From contig CBFFRQ010000095.1 in NCBI GenBank assembly GCA_965644315.1, positions 1-64,000 of the forward strand: a stretch of DNA of 64,000 nt, in the 5' to 3' direction. A program made the translations under genes and the position numbers. The notes beneath the pieces were generated by a model. The model was not told where the DNA came from, did no database searches, and saw only the letters and a list, made by a program, of their open reading frames with translations. The stretch is from Caecitellus pseudoparvulus (Eukaryota > Protista > Bigyra: Bicosoecida). Of the stretch, positions 37,429-48,392 are shown piece after piece; within the stretch, counting starts at the first letter, position 1; each line of letters begins with the position of its first letter.

Positions 37429-39252
37429 GGCAGGGTGGGTGGGCAGCTGGGACAGCGTGACCTGCACTGGCCCAACGCCACCGCCCGCGACGGAGCTGCT
37501 GTGCCAGCTGCGCGCAAAGTTGTCCACCACCACGCCCTCGTCAGGCACCGGAACTGTGGCGCCTTCCTCGGCTCCCTCCTGAAAGCTGTGCACGAGGGTA
37601 CTGTGGCCCAGCTCAGCGTCCATGAGCTCCTCAGCCGCCGCCGCCAGTTGCCGTGCATCCGGCGCAGTGGCCTCCCCCTCGCTGTCACTGCCGCTGTCCA
37701 TCCACGCGCCGCCCAGCGCGTCCCAGCGGGCAGCCGCTTGCGCCACAGCGCTGAGGAGGGGGTCCCCGCCCCCCCCTTGTGGTGCTTCGACACCCCCCCC
37801 TTCGGAGTCGGAGGAGCCCCCCCCCTCCGAGTCAGAAGAAGCATCCCCCGCCTGGGCCGCCTCGCCTGCTCCCACGCCACTGCCCACGCCCTCAGGGCCG
37901 TGCTGACTGTCTAGAAATGCAAGCAGCTGCGGCAGCGCTGCCTGTGCGTCCGCCCCCCCTGCCTGCTCTGCGTCCTGCTGCTGCAGTGCCTCGAGCCACG
38001 CCCAGCTGTCCACCATGCCAGGATCAGGCGCATCAGGAACAAGCTCTGGTGCTGTGTGTGCTGTCTGCCCGCCTTCAGTGGAGGAAGCAGAGGTGTCCGC
38101 GGCGGCCGCCTTGCCGCTCATTCGCTCGCCCTGGGACACGCCTGCCGCCGCAGCGACCACTGCCAAGCGACTGGAAAGGGCCTCTGCCCAACCCACCTCG
38201 CCGTCCACGAGGCTGTGCAGAGCTGCCAGCCCCTGTGTCAGCTGCACGCCCAGCCGCAGCTCCCAGGCGCGACTGTGTTCCGGCTCCAACACCGCCCCCA
38301 GTGACACCCCCTCCAAGGCCCGGCTAGCACCCGCCACGGCCTCGAACACTGGCCCAGGCATGTACTTGTGCGGCCTGCACGGACTGCAGGCCAGGGCAGC
38401 GGCCGCTGGGCGGGGCAGGCACAGAGCCACTGTGGGCCACTGGTCCACATCCAAGCCGGTGTGGTCTGAGAGGCAGGGCAGGTACAGCGGCTGCCGGCGC
38501 ACGGCAGGCGTGACGAGACCGTGGCCAGCAGCCTCGGCTGCCGCTGTGGCCAGCGCTGGCGCTGCGCGCAGAGCTGCTGCCGCTGAGGGGGGCAGTCTGA
38601 CCACAAGGCGCTGGGTGCCTGAGAGGGGGGGGCGTGCCGCCACACGAGCTGCAATGCAGGCCTTGACGTCAGGGCCTGCGGCCGTGTCAGGGCTGTGTAC
38701 AGCGCTCCCGGCCGCCGCCAGGGAGGGGGGGCTGCCCTCCAGGCGGGAGGGGGGTACCAGGTGTACTGCGCCATGCGCCAGTAGCAGTCTGTGTGGCGCT
38801 GTCAGCGGCGTGCACCAGGCAGGCAGGGCGTGGGCCGCTTCCACAGCGAGGAAGTCGCCATCTCCATCCACGGCGTATGCCCGGACAGAGGGAAGGCGCG
38901 CGGTGGCAGCCAGTAGCGCCGCCACCACCTCCCACTCAAGCCCCGAGTGCCCGCTGTGCGCCACTCGCCCAAAGACAGCAGGCTGCCCCGGCGACGGGTG
39001 CTGCCGCAAGAAAGCCCCAGATAAGCTGGGACCTGAGGTAATGCAAATGTCAACGTAAATCTCGCTCCATGGCCCACCCAGGGTGGGGCTGAAGGCCAAG
39101 GCAGCGTCCAGCTCCCGCCGCATGGCCTCTGCGGAACTTGCCTCGGCGCCCTTTGAGGCACTCCACAGCACGAACTCCATGAGGTCAGGCGGCACTTGCA
39201 CCGCCATGATGTCAAACGGCTCAGTGTCAAACTGGGGCTCGTCCGCTGCCAT
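37393..39252 (-). CDS. ECD: Ecdysoneless (ECD/hSGT1) family protein
   Basis: EWEVVAALL...DGDGDFLAVEAAHALPAWCTP...HRLLLAHGAVHLVPP; acidic middle region; LMDAELGHSTLVHSF and VVVDNFARSW...GGVGP C-terminal motifs. Confidence 0.85.
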   Translation of the reverse strand: MAADEPQFDTEPFDIMAVQVPPDLMEFVLWSASKGAEASSAEAMRRELDAALAFSPTLGGPWSEIYVDICITSGPSLSGAFLRQHPSPGQPAVFGRVAHSGHSGLEWEVVAALLAATARLPSVRAYAVDGDGDFLAVEAAHALPAWCTPLTAPHRLLLAHGAVHLVPPSRLEGSPPSLAAAGSAVHSPDTAAGPDVKACIAARVAARPPLSGTQRLVVRLPPSAAAALRAAPALATAAAEAAGHGLVTPAVRRQPLYLPCLSDHTGLDVDQWPTVALCLPRPAAAALACSPCRPHKYMPGPVFEAVAGASRALEGVSLGAVLEPEHSRAWELRLGVQLTQGLAALHSLVDGEVGWAEALSSRLAVVAAAAGVSQGERMSGKAAAADTSASSTEGGQTAHTAPELVPDAPDPGMVDSWAWLEALQQQDAEQAGGADAQAALPQLLAFLDSQHGPEGVGSGVGAGEAAQAGDASSDSEGGGSSDSEGGGVEAPQGGGGDPLLSAVAQAAARWDALGGAWMDSGSDSEGEATAPDARQLAAAAEELMDAELGHSTLVHSFQEGAEEGATVPVPDEGVVVDNFARSWHSSSVAGGGVGPVQVTLSQLPTHPASAKEGGKVVLQ

Positions 39253-39734
39253 GGCTGCTGGTCTGCTGCGGAAACCTGCCAGCCTTCAGGGGTCCATGCG
39301 GATTTTGAGCACGACAGCGTTTCCACTTTGTGTGCACCCTTGCAGGGACTCAGCGGCGCTAGCGGCAGCGAAAAGGCGCAGTGGGGGAAGTGGAGACCCA
39401 ATGGCATGTATCCCGGTGAGCGCTTGTACCTGCCCAGCTCATGACTTTGAGAACGGCCCCCCACAACAGTTCAGTCACCCCCCCTTCGAATTTGCCATCA
39501 CCATGGTTCCGCAAGGCGCCTGCCGGGCCGGCCACCCAGGCACATTCCCGAGCCACCTCACCCCCGCCACACGTGTGGCAGTGCTTGAACACTCGTGCTC
39601 TGTGTGTACCCGTGCAAGGTCACCCCGAGCCCGCGGCGTGCGCACCTGAGCACTGCCGCTGCCCTTCCCGGCGGCCTGGCACACGCCAACCGACATCTGG
39701 GTGCAGGGCGACACCTTGCGCTTGCAGTGCGGCC

Positions 39735-41773
39735 ATGTCCAGGTCCAGCGCCAAGACCAGCACGGTCTGGTCCGAGAGATCCGGGTACATCCACCTCTGC
39801 GATGGGGGGCGGACGTGGAGCAAGGTTTTCGCCGTGCGTTGTGGTGCCGCCCTCGGCCCTGTTGCCGCACTGGCACGGCCAGTGTTAGGGCACAGCCGCC
39901 ACGCCGCCAACACCACGTCCCACCGCCTGCTCCATAATGGCACAGAGTCTTGCAAAGCACACCCTGAGCATCAGCACTGACCACAAGGTGCGTGCGCGTG
40001 CCGCCGGCGGGGCCGCCGCTAGACTGCACCTCTTCCCCGCACTGCACTTACCATTCCCACCTGCACGCGCCCCGCCGCCGCCGCTGCACCCCGCAGAGTG
40101 GCTCAGTGGTGGCCACACACGACATGCTTGATGCGACTGTGCGCCCTGTGGAAGGTGCAGGCAGCTCCCGGCCGTACGCCTTCGAAGTTCAGGTTGATGT
40201 GCGTGCAGGGCAGCTGCAGCCTGGCGCTGGCGCTGCCGGCACATCCTCACCCGCGCCCACCCTTTCCCTGCACAGGGCACGGCGCACCTCTTTGCCGGCA
40301 GCTCGACGGAGGACCGCGAGCTGTGGCTGACTCGCCTGCACACGTCCACTGTGGCGGGGGAATGGCCCGGCGGCCTCGCCTTCAACGGTCAGCCAGCTCC
40401 GCTGCGCTACAGCACGCTGTCCATTTCAGTGCCTGCCGCCGCTGGTGCCGCTGCTGCAGCAGCGCCAGTGAACCCCCTTGCCGCCACCCACGCCACTCTC
40501 AAGTCTGTGCCCGTGTGGCAGCAGCCAGCGCTGCTGCTGACCAAGCTGCGCCAGTGCAGCGTGCTGTTTGACGGGCCTGAGGGGGCCGGGCCTCCCGCAG
40601 GGCAGGCTGTGGGGGGTGCTGGCGGGCCAGATGACCGCGACGTCAAGCGCCAGGTGCTGCTAGAGCTGGTGGATTTCTGTGACGCGTCGCCCCAGGTGTT
40701 CACGGACTTCCGCGTGCTGGAGGAGGTGTTCGTCATGTGCGTGCTGGGTGGACTGCGAAACGCCCCGCTTGCGCCACACGCCCCACCCCGCCTTTCCTGC
40801 CCCCCACAGGCTGCGCATGAACCTCTTCCGCTCCCTGCCCAAGCCTGACGACTTGGCGGGCGAGGCTGACGATGAGGAGGAGCAGTTCATGGACCAGCAG
40901 TGGCCGCACCTGAGCGTCGTGTATGAGTTCCTCCTGCACGTCGTGACGCAGGACCGCCTGGACCTGGGCGCCAAGAAGAAGGTCATTGACTCCTCCTTCG
41001 TGCGCCAGCTGCTGCTGCTGTTTGACAGCGAGGACATGCGTGAGCGGGATTACCTGAAAACCATCACCCACCGCATCTACTCCAAGCTCACCCAGCGCCG
41101 CGCCCTCATCCGGCGGGTCATCTGCAACATCTTCTTCGAGTTCGTGTACGAGACGGGGCGCCACAACGGCATTGCCGAGATGCTGGAGATCCTCGCCTCC
41201 ATCATCAACGGCTTCGCCGTGCCCATCAAGAAGGAGCACAAGGTCATGCTAGTGCGCGCCTTGCTGCCCCTGCACAAGCCCAAGAACGTCATGGCGTACC
41301 ACCCCCAACTGTCCTACTGCATGGCGCTGTACGTGGCCAAGGACCACCTGCTCACGCAGAGCATCATCCCCGGCCTGCTGCGGTTCTGGCCCACCTCAAA
41401 CTCCGCCAAGCAAATCATGTTCCTGAACGAGCTGGACGATGTCTTTGAGTACGTGCAGGAGGGCGACCTGGAAACCTTCCGCACGCAGCTGTGCCTGCGC
41501 CTGGCCAAGTGCATTGGCGGCCTGCACTTCCAAGTGGCGGAGCGTGCGCTGTGCCTGTGGAACTCAGAGCGTTTCGCGGCACTGTTGCTGGAAGACGGCA
41601 CACACCGCGCAGCAGCCCTGCCGGTGCTGTTCCCCGCCCTCTTCCGCAACTCCGAGTCCCACTGGCACGAGAGTGTGCGTGCCTTGTCCACGCAAGTGCT
41701 GGAGCAGTACATGGACGTGGACCCTGACCTGTACCAGAGCTGTTTGGACAAGGCGCCAGCTGGCTCGAAGTAG
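39735..41773 (+). CDS. Protein phosphatase 2A regulatory subunit B' (B56) with an N-terminal PH domain; about 5 exons
   Basis: B56 motifs: KLRQCSVLFD, KRQVLLELVDF, NLFRSLP, WPHLSVVYEFLL, LFDSEDMRERDYLKTITHRIY, HNGIAEMLEILASIINGFAVPIKKEH, LHFQVAERAL.LWN. Upstream exons splice to RSGYIHLCDGGRTWSKVFA...RPYAFEVQVD|GTAHLFAGSSTEDRELWLTRL. Confidence 0.93.
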
Positions 41774-42002
41774 TGCGCGTGCCGGGCGGGGGTGGGCCGC
41801 CGCCCACACCCCGCGCAACGCACTCTTTGCTGCAGGCCACACGAAGCCTGCCACTCGGCCTGACTGTTCCTGGCGGGGCGGGCGCTGCCCTGCCCCGCCC
41901 TCGCCGCTGACGCGGTGCTGCTGACCCTACAAGCGCAGTGTGCCGCCCGCCCGCTGCAGGCAGCTGGGCCTCCAAGACCAATGCATTGCGCGCATCGCTG
42001 GC

Positions 42003-42601
42003 TTACTCGGCAGACAGCAGCTCGATGTCAAACTGCAGGTGGGCGTTCTTGGGAATGCCCCAGGCGGGGAAGCCAGCAGCACCGTAGCCGTACTCAGGCG
42101 ACATGATGAAGGTGGCCGTCTCGCCCACCTTCATGGTCATGACACCCTCGTCCCAGCCCAAGATCACCTGCCTCATGCCAATCTTGAAAGAGAAAGTGGT
42201 CTGCCCGGGGTCCTTGGTGCTCCAGAACTTCTTCCCGGCTGCAGGCGTGTTGGTGCGGGATTGTGGCGGGGTGCAGCGCAAGCCGCCCTCTGCCGCTGGA
42301 CTCACTGGACACGACATACCCTGTGCAGTGCACAGTCACAGTCTGGCCTGCCTGTGCATGGGGCGGGTGGGGCCAGCCGGCTCCGTGCAGCAGTCAGCGG
42401 GCATTCGTTAAAGCAGTCTGGCGCACGAGCGTTGGGCAGCCGTACCTTGGGCGTCTCGCCAGAGCCTGGTGGGTGGAGGGGGTGGGGCAGGCTTGCAGAG
42501 GGCAGGCTTGCACGTCAAGGCAGGAGCTGTGCCCACGCACCTTCAGTGACGACGGTCTTGGTGTAGCCGTCTGACGGCAGCTCAGCGTTGTTGGAAGCCA
42601 T
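42003..42601 (-). CDS. FKBP12: FKBP12-type peptidyl-prolyl isomerase, multi-exon
   Basis: MASNNAELPSDGYTKTVVTEG..., QTVTVHCTG, KKFWSTKDPGQ..FSFKIG..QVILGWDEGV..MKVGE..SPEYGYGAAGFPAWGIP.NA.L.FDIELL. Confidence 0.95.
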
Positions 42602-43033
42602 GGTAGATGTGAGCAACAGCAGCAGCAGTGCGCCAGCGGTGAGCAGCTTGCGAGACAGCATTACGGCGGGCGGGTGGACGCGGGGTGTGGATTGTGACGG
42701 CGGTGGGTGTGCGTCGGGTCTTGCCTCGGGTGTTCAGTCATTTCCCGGCCGCCTGGCATTGCAGAGTTTCGGTTGGTCGGCCAGGAAGGCACACCCCCCC
42801 AGCACAGCACGCTGCAAGCGCGGCGGCTCAGTCAACGACACCGTCCAAATCGCAGTGTGGTCACGTGCACTCTCGTCCGCCACAACTGGGCGATCGCACT
42901 TGCATGGCTGTGCCCGGAGCGAGCGGCGGCGTTTTGCCCCAGTTTCACCGACGTTTCGCGGCAGTGACTGGCTGCCTCGCGTGCCGGCGCCTCGCCCCGC
43001 CAGAGCCGCTGTTGAGCGAAGGCAGTCTCAACC

Positions 43034-44481
43034 ATGGCAGCGAGGCTATGTCGCAGCCTCTGCTACCCGTGCAAAGCCGTCTCCGAGTGCTGTGACGAGT
43101 GCTGCACAAAGTGCTGTGTCACCTGCTGCAATGCCTGCGACGGCTGCTGCAGGGCGGTGGGACAGTGCATGTCGGGGGCGTGTGCCGCCTGCGACAAGTG
43201 CTGCAGCACGCACTGTGCCAGCTGCATGGCCTTCCTGGCGAGGTGAGGGTCGGCTGCAGCGTGCTTCGCTGTGCCCGCGCCTGCGCACGAGCGTTTCCCG
43301 CCGAGCACAGGCCCATGGCAATTTGCACGACATTCACCTTCCTCGTGGGCGGCGGCGGTGGCATCGCGGCGCTGGTGCTGGGGAGTCAGGCCCTGGCGAG
43401 TGGCGGCGGTAACTGCGGTGACCTGCCCGTTTGGCTGCTGGTGCAGGGTGTGCTGATGGCGCTGCAAGTGGCCATGGCGTGCTACCTGCTGTCGCGCCTG
43501 TCCAGGCCGTATGACCGCAGCAACCGCAACGACAGGGACTTCGTCGCACGCATGTCGCACCTGGCATGTGAAGACTGCGGCGTGGCGCTGTACATTCTCG
43601 CACTCATCCTCATGTTGGCGTGGCAGATCGTCGGCAGCGTGTGGCTGCTGCAAGCCCCCGCCAACTGTGACTCCGACACGCTGCTGGCGGCGGAGATGCT
43701 GCTGGCCCTCATGTGGCTGGTGCTGGGCCTGGGCGCAGCCATGATCACCGTGCGTTACTACCACGCCTGGTGCGTTGTGCGTTGCTGCCCGGAGGTCATG
43801 CGCGGGCCATGGGCGCCTTTCCTGCGGGGGTGCTGCCCCTGCTTCGTGCCCAGCCAAGCCGACATTGACCTGTACACCAAGCAGCCAGCGTCACCCGCAC
43901 CAGCGCCCACGGGCGCCAGTCGACACCCCCCCGCGCAGCCCCACACAGCTGTGTCGGTGCCCCCCCCACACCCTCAACCAGAGGCGGCAGGCATGTCCAA
44001 ACGCACAGGGGCACATGGTGGCCACCCCACCATTGCGGGCCCAGCCTACAACGCGACAGGGGCTGTGCCAGTGGCGAGGCAGACACAGGGGCCGGGCGTG
44101 AACACGGGCAAGTCAGCGCGCCCCAACGCAGCGGCGAGCTTTCCGGCTGACGCGCTGGCCACGAGTCAAGCTGCGCCCCAGCCACAACGCGCCAGCCACG
44201 TGTACGTCACCCCAGCGCCCGCTCCTGCCCCTGCCAGGGTGAGTGTGCCAGTGGGGGTGGTGCCTGTCACGAGCAAGTCTCCAGCTCCAGCTCCAGCCGC
44301 TGCCGGCAGTGGAGGTGGTGGTTCAGGGGCCCACGAGCCGTCTGTGGCAGACAAGGCCACTGCAGCTGCTTCGGCCGTGGCAGGCGCCGTCAGTGCGTGG
44401 TGGAAGGGCGGCGGGAAGGAGCCCAAGGGCAAGCCGCGAGAACCAGTGAAGGGGCATGCGCCGTCGTCTGGGGTGTGGTGA
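43034..44481 (+). CDS. Hypothetical four-pass membrane protein with Cys-rich N-terminus and Pro/Ala-rich tail; intron 43243-43310
   Basis: Exon 1 (MAARLCRSLCYPCKAVSECCDECCTKCCVTCC...) splices AG|GTGAG..CACAG|G in frame to PMAICTTFTFLV. Four hydrophobic segments follow. Confidence 0.75.
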
Positions 44482-44702
44482 GCGCGACCACTGGTCAATT
44501 TACAAGGTCATCACTGCCCCACACGGTTAGCCCCCCTGCCCAGCCCACGCCAGGCTGGTGTGGGAGCCGCCCCGAGCAGCCAACCCTCGCTTTCTGTGCT
44601 GCTCTGCGCATCCGTTCGCGATCTCCCCCGCACTGCCTGCTGCAGCGTGCTTGCCAGGGGTGACAGCGTTGTGCCACGTGCAGGAGACCTTCATCCGCAG
44701 TC

Positions 44703-47700
44703 ATGTCGAGTGTGTCCCAGGCGGAGGTGCAGCAGTTCGACGCCATCGCGCAGCTGGCGCTGAACCCTCCGCCGCAAGGCAGCAGCGCGGAATTAGCTCA
44801 GCAACACGCCTCTGCCACGGCCACCATCAAGGCCTTCCAGTCGAGCCCAGACGCGTGGAAAAAGGCACTCGTCCTGCTCCAAGCATCGGCATCCACGTTC
44901 ACACCCTTTGTCTGCCTGCAGGTGTGTCACGCCGCCCGCGCTCGCCGCTTTCACCGCTCGCGGACACTTTCTCGCCGCTGCCTGGCCCGGCCTGCGCAGA
45001 CAATTGAAGGCTTTGCCAACTCACAAGCGTACCGCAGCGCGCCTGCCGCCACTCGGGCCCCTCTGGGACGGCAGTTTCTGGACACCATGGTCAGCATCCT
45101 CGCCAGCGTGGGGCACAACACGGCCCGCCGTGCCGCTGTGCGCAGCATTTTGCGCAAGGCAGCAGCCGTCCTGGCCCTGCTCCTGCGCCTGAACTTCCTG
45201 GACGCCTGGCGCAGCGGCGTGCAGGACTGCATCGCCGCCGTGCGCTCCCCTGACGTCTGTGACTTCGTCATCACCGCCCTGCAGAACCTGAGCGAGGACC
45301 TGGTCGTGCGCAGCACGGGCGCAGAGAAGGCCCACAGCGACGCCGTGAAGGACGCTCTACGAGACGACGCGGGGGGCCTGCCCGCCATGGCACAGTTCTG
45401 CCTGTCCGCCCTGACGACCTACGCGTCCGAGGCGCCGTACACCGCCCACAACGTCCTGCGCCTGCTGGCCGAGCTAGTGGACTGGGCAGACATCACGCTG
45501 GTGGTGAACGCCTCCCTGCTGCCACACCTGCAGTCCCTGCTGACCGTGTCCACGGCAGAGCTGCGGCAGGCGGCAGTGGGCGTGTATGCGGCGGCGGTGA
45601 ACAAGGGCAAGCCCCACGCAGCGCACGTGGAAGTGATCAACAGCCTCGGAGTCATCGGCGCCCTCTCATCCCTCGCACTAGGGGATGCCGCCGACCCCGA
45701 CGAGGCGGACTTCAACCAGGAAGTAGCGGCACTCATCACCAGCATCGGGAAGGAGCTACTGCGCGCTGGGGACTCGCCCTCTGTCCTCTCCACGCCGGCC
45801 CTCGCTGCCGTCACTGCAGAGCAGCTGTCCGCTCTGCTGGCCCTGGCCCTGCGAATCTTCAGCCAGCCGCTGTACGGCTACGGCACTGCATATGCGTTGA
45901 TGCCCCTGTGGGACGCAGTGATGGCCTTCTGGCGCGCTTCGGCAGGCGGTGCCGGCGTGCCGAAGAAACACGGCAGCACTGACGGCACCGGCAGCTGCGC
46001 CGGGCAACCCGCTGGCGTGGCGCTGGGGTCGGTGCTGGAGCAAGCGCTGCTGCAGCTGGTGCAGCGGTGCAGGTACCCTGACGGCTTCGAGCCTTTGGAC
46101 GACAGTCTGGAGGAGGAGGGGGAGGCGCTCATTTCCCTGCGGCACGTCGCTCGGGGGCTGTTGGTGGAGGTGACCAAGGTGTCCCCCAAGATCACCCTGA
46201 CCCTGCTGCTGAAGGTGGCGGGGGCCAGCCCGCCACCTCCCGGCTCGCCAGACACGGAGAGCCCCTCTGCAGGGAACGCTGGCGTCCTGACGCAGCTGTC
46301 TGCCCTGGCGCCCGGCGAGCGGGAGCTGATCCTGTGGCTGGCATGGCTGTGGGGGGAGGGCGCCATGGGAGCTGGGCAGGGCGTGCAGCGCACAGAGCCC
46401 CTGCCCTGGCTGCTCACGTGCCTCTTTCACGGCGCCCTGGGCGGCCTGGCCGACGTGCCTTCCCAGCTGGCCTTCCTGGACTTCGCAGTGCGGTACTACT
46501 GGGTGCTGTGCTCGCCCCAGCGCAGCGGCACCCTGCTGCCTGCCGTGCTGGGCGTGGCACTGGGAGAAGGGGGCGTCGCGTCGCCGTCCCAGGCAGTGCG
46601 GCGGCGAGGCGCCTTTGTCGCGGGGCGCCTGACCAAGCTCGTGGCCAAGGAAGGCGGCCAGGCAGTGCTCGCGCCCCATGTGCAGGCGCTGGTGCGTACG
46701 GCCCTGCCCCACACCAAGTTCACCTACGCTCCCCCCGGCACGGGCGGCAAGGCGGTGGGCGGCATCACCACTGGCACTTCCCTGGAGCCTGCCGACCAGG
46801 GGCACTTGTTTGAGCTCATCGGGCACATCCTGGCGCAGCAGTGGATGCCGGCCGAGCAGGCGGCGGCGGATGCCGTGGCGGTCATCTCACCGCTCCTGGC
46901 CGACGCGAATCGGGGCAGTGTGCTGGCGCAGCAGGCCATGGCGAGTGTACAGGGTGCGGCGGCTCATGCCGCGGCAGGGGCGGTGCCGTCTGATGAGGAG
47001 GCTGATGGCGGCACGGGGGTGGGGCTGTGGCTGGGGCACAGCCTCGCCTGCATCGGCCACGTGCTGAAAGGCTTTGACTCGCCCGTGCCCGCCCTGAACA
47101 GCACACTGGACGCCACGCTCACCCTGGCCTGGCAAGTGCCCACCCTGCTGCCCACTCACGTCGCCCTGCGTGCCAAAGCCATCTTCCTCACCCGTCGCAT
47201 GATCCCCCTGCTGGGAGATGCCCTGCTGCAGGTGCTGCCACGGGGGCTGGGTGTGTTCCTGGACACCAACCGTGGGGCGGCGCTGGTGGATGTGCTGGGC
47301 CTCGTGAAGCGCTGCCTGGACGCGTACAGGGAGCGGTTTGTGCCGCTGCTAGCGCAGGTGTTCCCAGGCCTCGTGCAGCGGGTGTGGCTGGCAGTGACTC
47401 CTGCCGTGGACGCAGCGCGCGCTCACAACCAGCTGCAGGCAGCCAAAGCGGCTGGCTCTGCAGCCGCCTCCGAGCGCGTCGTGCGTTCGGAGGCCGCCCA
47501 GGAAGGCTCCCGCCTGTTCAGTTCGTACTTGGGCCTGCTGGGGCGCATGGCTGCGCTGCGCTTTGGCGCCGACGCCATGTGGGGCGCAGTGCAAGGCGGC
47601 CAGCCGTCGGCCCCCGCCACCTTGAAAGAAATCCTGGACGGCACCACCAGCGTTGCGCTGAGCACGTTCAGTGACCCGAAGGCAGCCTCTGCCGCTGTGC

Positions 47701-48248
47701 ACTTGTACGCAGACCTGGTGTGCGCATGGCTGCCGCAGCACGCGCTTGCCGCCAGCCGTGAGACGGCCAAGGATGCCACGCCCAAGAAGAAGCCGCTGCT
47801 GCTGGCCGATGACTCCAGCGACGCAGGGTCAGACCACCCAGGCAGCAGTGCCGGCAGTGCAGCACCGCTGTCGCCCGACCACCTGTCGGTCTTCATCAGC
47901 GTGCTGCGGGATGTGTGGGTGCCGCTGTCGCTGCGTGTGTTCCTGCGGACCGAGCTGCCGCTTACAGACAGCGGCATGGCGGGGCTGGCAGTGGACGTGG
48001 CGGCATTCCACATGAAGTGCGCTGACCACCTGGGCTTGTCCAACACAGACCCCTCCGCTGGCGCCGCAGGCGTGTCGTTCTGCCAGCTGCTGGCGAGCAC
48101 CACGCTGCCTGGGCTGGGCGTGCCGTCAGGTCTGGCCAGCGAGTACGCCCAGCACCTGCACGCTGCGACGGTGTCCAAGGAGACGGCGCCCCATCGGGCG
48201 CTGGGGGATGTGTTGCTGCGTCTCGCGGGCGCTCTGCGGGGGCAGTGA
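44703..48248 (+). CDS. XPOT: Exportin-T (Xpo-t/Los1), importin-beta family tRNA exporter; probable in-frame intron 44922-44999
   Basis: ~1,150-aa helical protein; DAVKDALRD, LVDWADITLVVN, AAVNKGKP, FLDFAVRYY, G..SPSQAVRRRGAF, HLFELIG, TRRMIPLLG resemble exportin-T conserved blocks. Confidence 0.8.
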   Translation: MSSVSQAEVQQFDAIAQLALNPPPQGSSAELAQQHASATATIKAFQSSPDAWKKALVLLQASASTFTPFVCLQVCHAARARRFHRSRTLSRRCLARPAQTIEGFANSQAYRSAPAATRAPLGRQFLDTMVSILASVGHNTARRAAVRSILRKAAAVLALLLRLNFLDAWRSGVQDCIAAVRSPDVCDFVITALQNLSEDLVVRSTGAEKAHSDAVKDALRDDAGGLPAMAQFCLSALTTYASEAPYTAHNVLRLLAELVDWADITLVVNASLLPHLQSLLTVSTAELRQAAVGVYAAAVNKGKPHAAHVEVINSLGVIGALSSLALGDAADPDEADFNQEVAALITSIGKELLRAGDSPSVLSTPALAAVTAEQLSALLALALRIFSQPLYGYGTAYALMPLWDAVMAFWRASAGGAGVPKKHGSTDGTGSCAGQPAGVALGSVLEQALLQLVQRCRYPDGFEPLDDSLEEEGEALISLRHVARGLLVEVTKVSPKITLTLLLKVAGASPPPPGSPDTESPSAGNAGVLTQLSALAPGERELILWLAWLWGEGAMGAGQGVQRTEPLPWLLTCLFHGALGGLADVPSQLAFLDFAVRYYWVLCSPQRSGTLLPAVLGVALGEGGVASPSQAVRRRGAFVAGRLTKLVAKEGGQAVLAPHVQALVRTALPHTKFTYAPPGTGGKAVGGITTGTSLEPADQGHLFELIGHILAQQWMPAEQAAADAVAVISPLLADANRGSVLAQQAMASVQGAAAHAAAGAVPSDEEADGGTGVGLWLGHSLACIGHVLKGFDSPVPALNSTLDATLTLAWQVPTLLPTHVALRAKAIFLTRRMIPLLGDALLQVLPRGLGVFLDTNRGAALVDVLGLVKRCLDAYRERFVPLLAQVFPGLVQRVWLAVTPAVDAARAHNQLQAAKAAGSAAASERVVRSEAAQEGSRLFSSYLGLLGRMAALRFGADAMWGAVQGGQPSAPATLKEILDGTTSVALSTFSDPKAASAAVHLYADLVCAWLPQHALAASRETAKDATPKKKPLLLADDSSDAGSDHPGSSAGSAAPLSPDHLSVFISVLRDVWVPLSLRVFLRTELPLTDSGMAGLAVDVAAFHMKCADHLGLSNTDPSAGAAGVSFCQLLASTTLPGLGVPSGLASEYAQHLHAATVSKETAPHRALGDVLLRLAGALRGQ

Positions 48249-48392
48249 CGGTGGAGCCATGCATTGTATGCCAATGAAGGCTCAAGGGGGGGGCGGGGCA
48301 AGTTGGGTGTGTGTGTCCAGCTGCCTTGGACACTCGCCAACAACCCGTCCGCCCTCCCGGTAAATTCACATAAGTGTTCACAGGTGCTCTGC

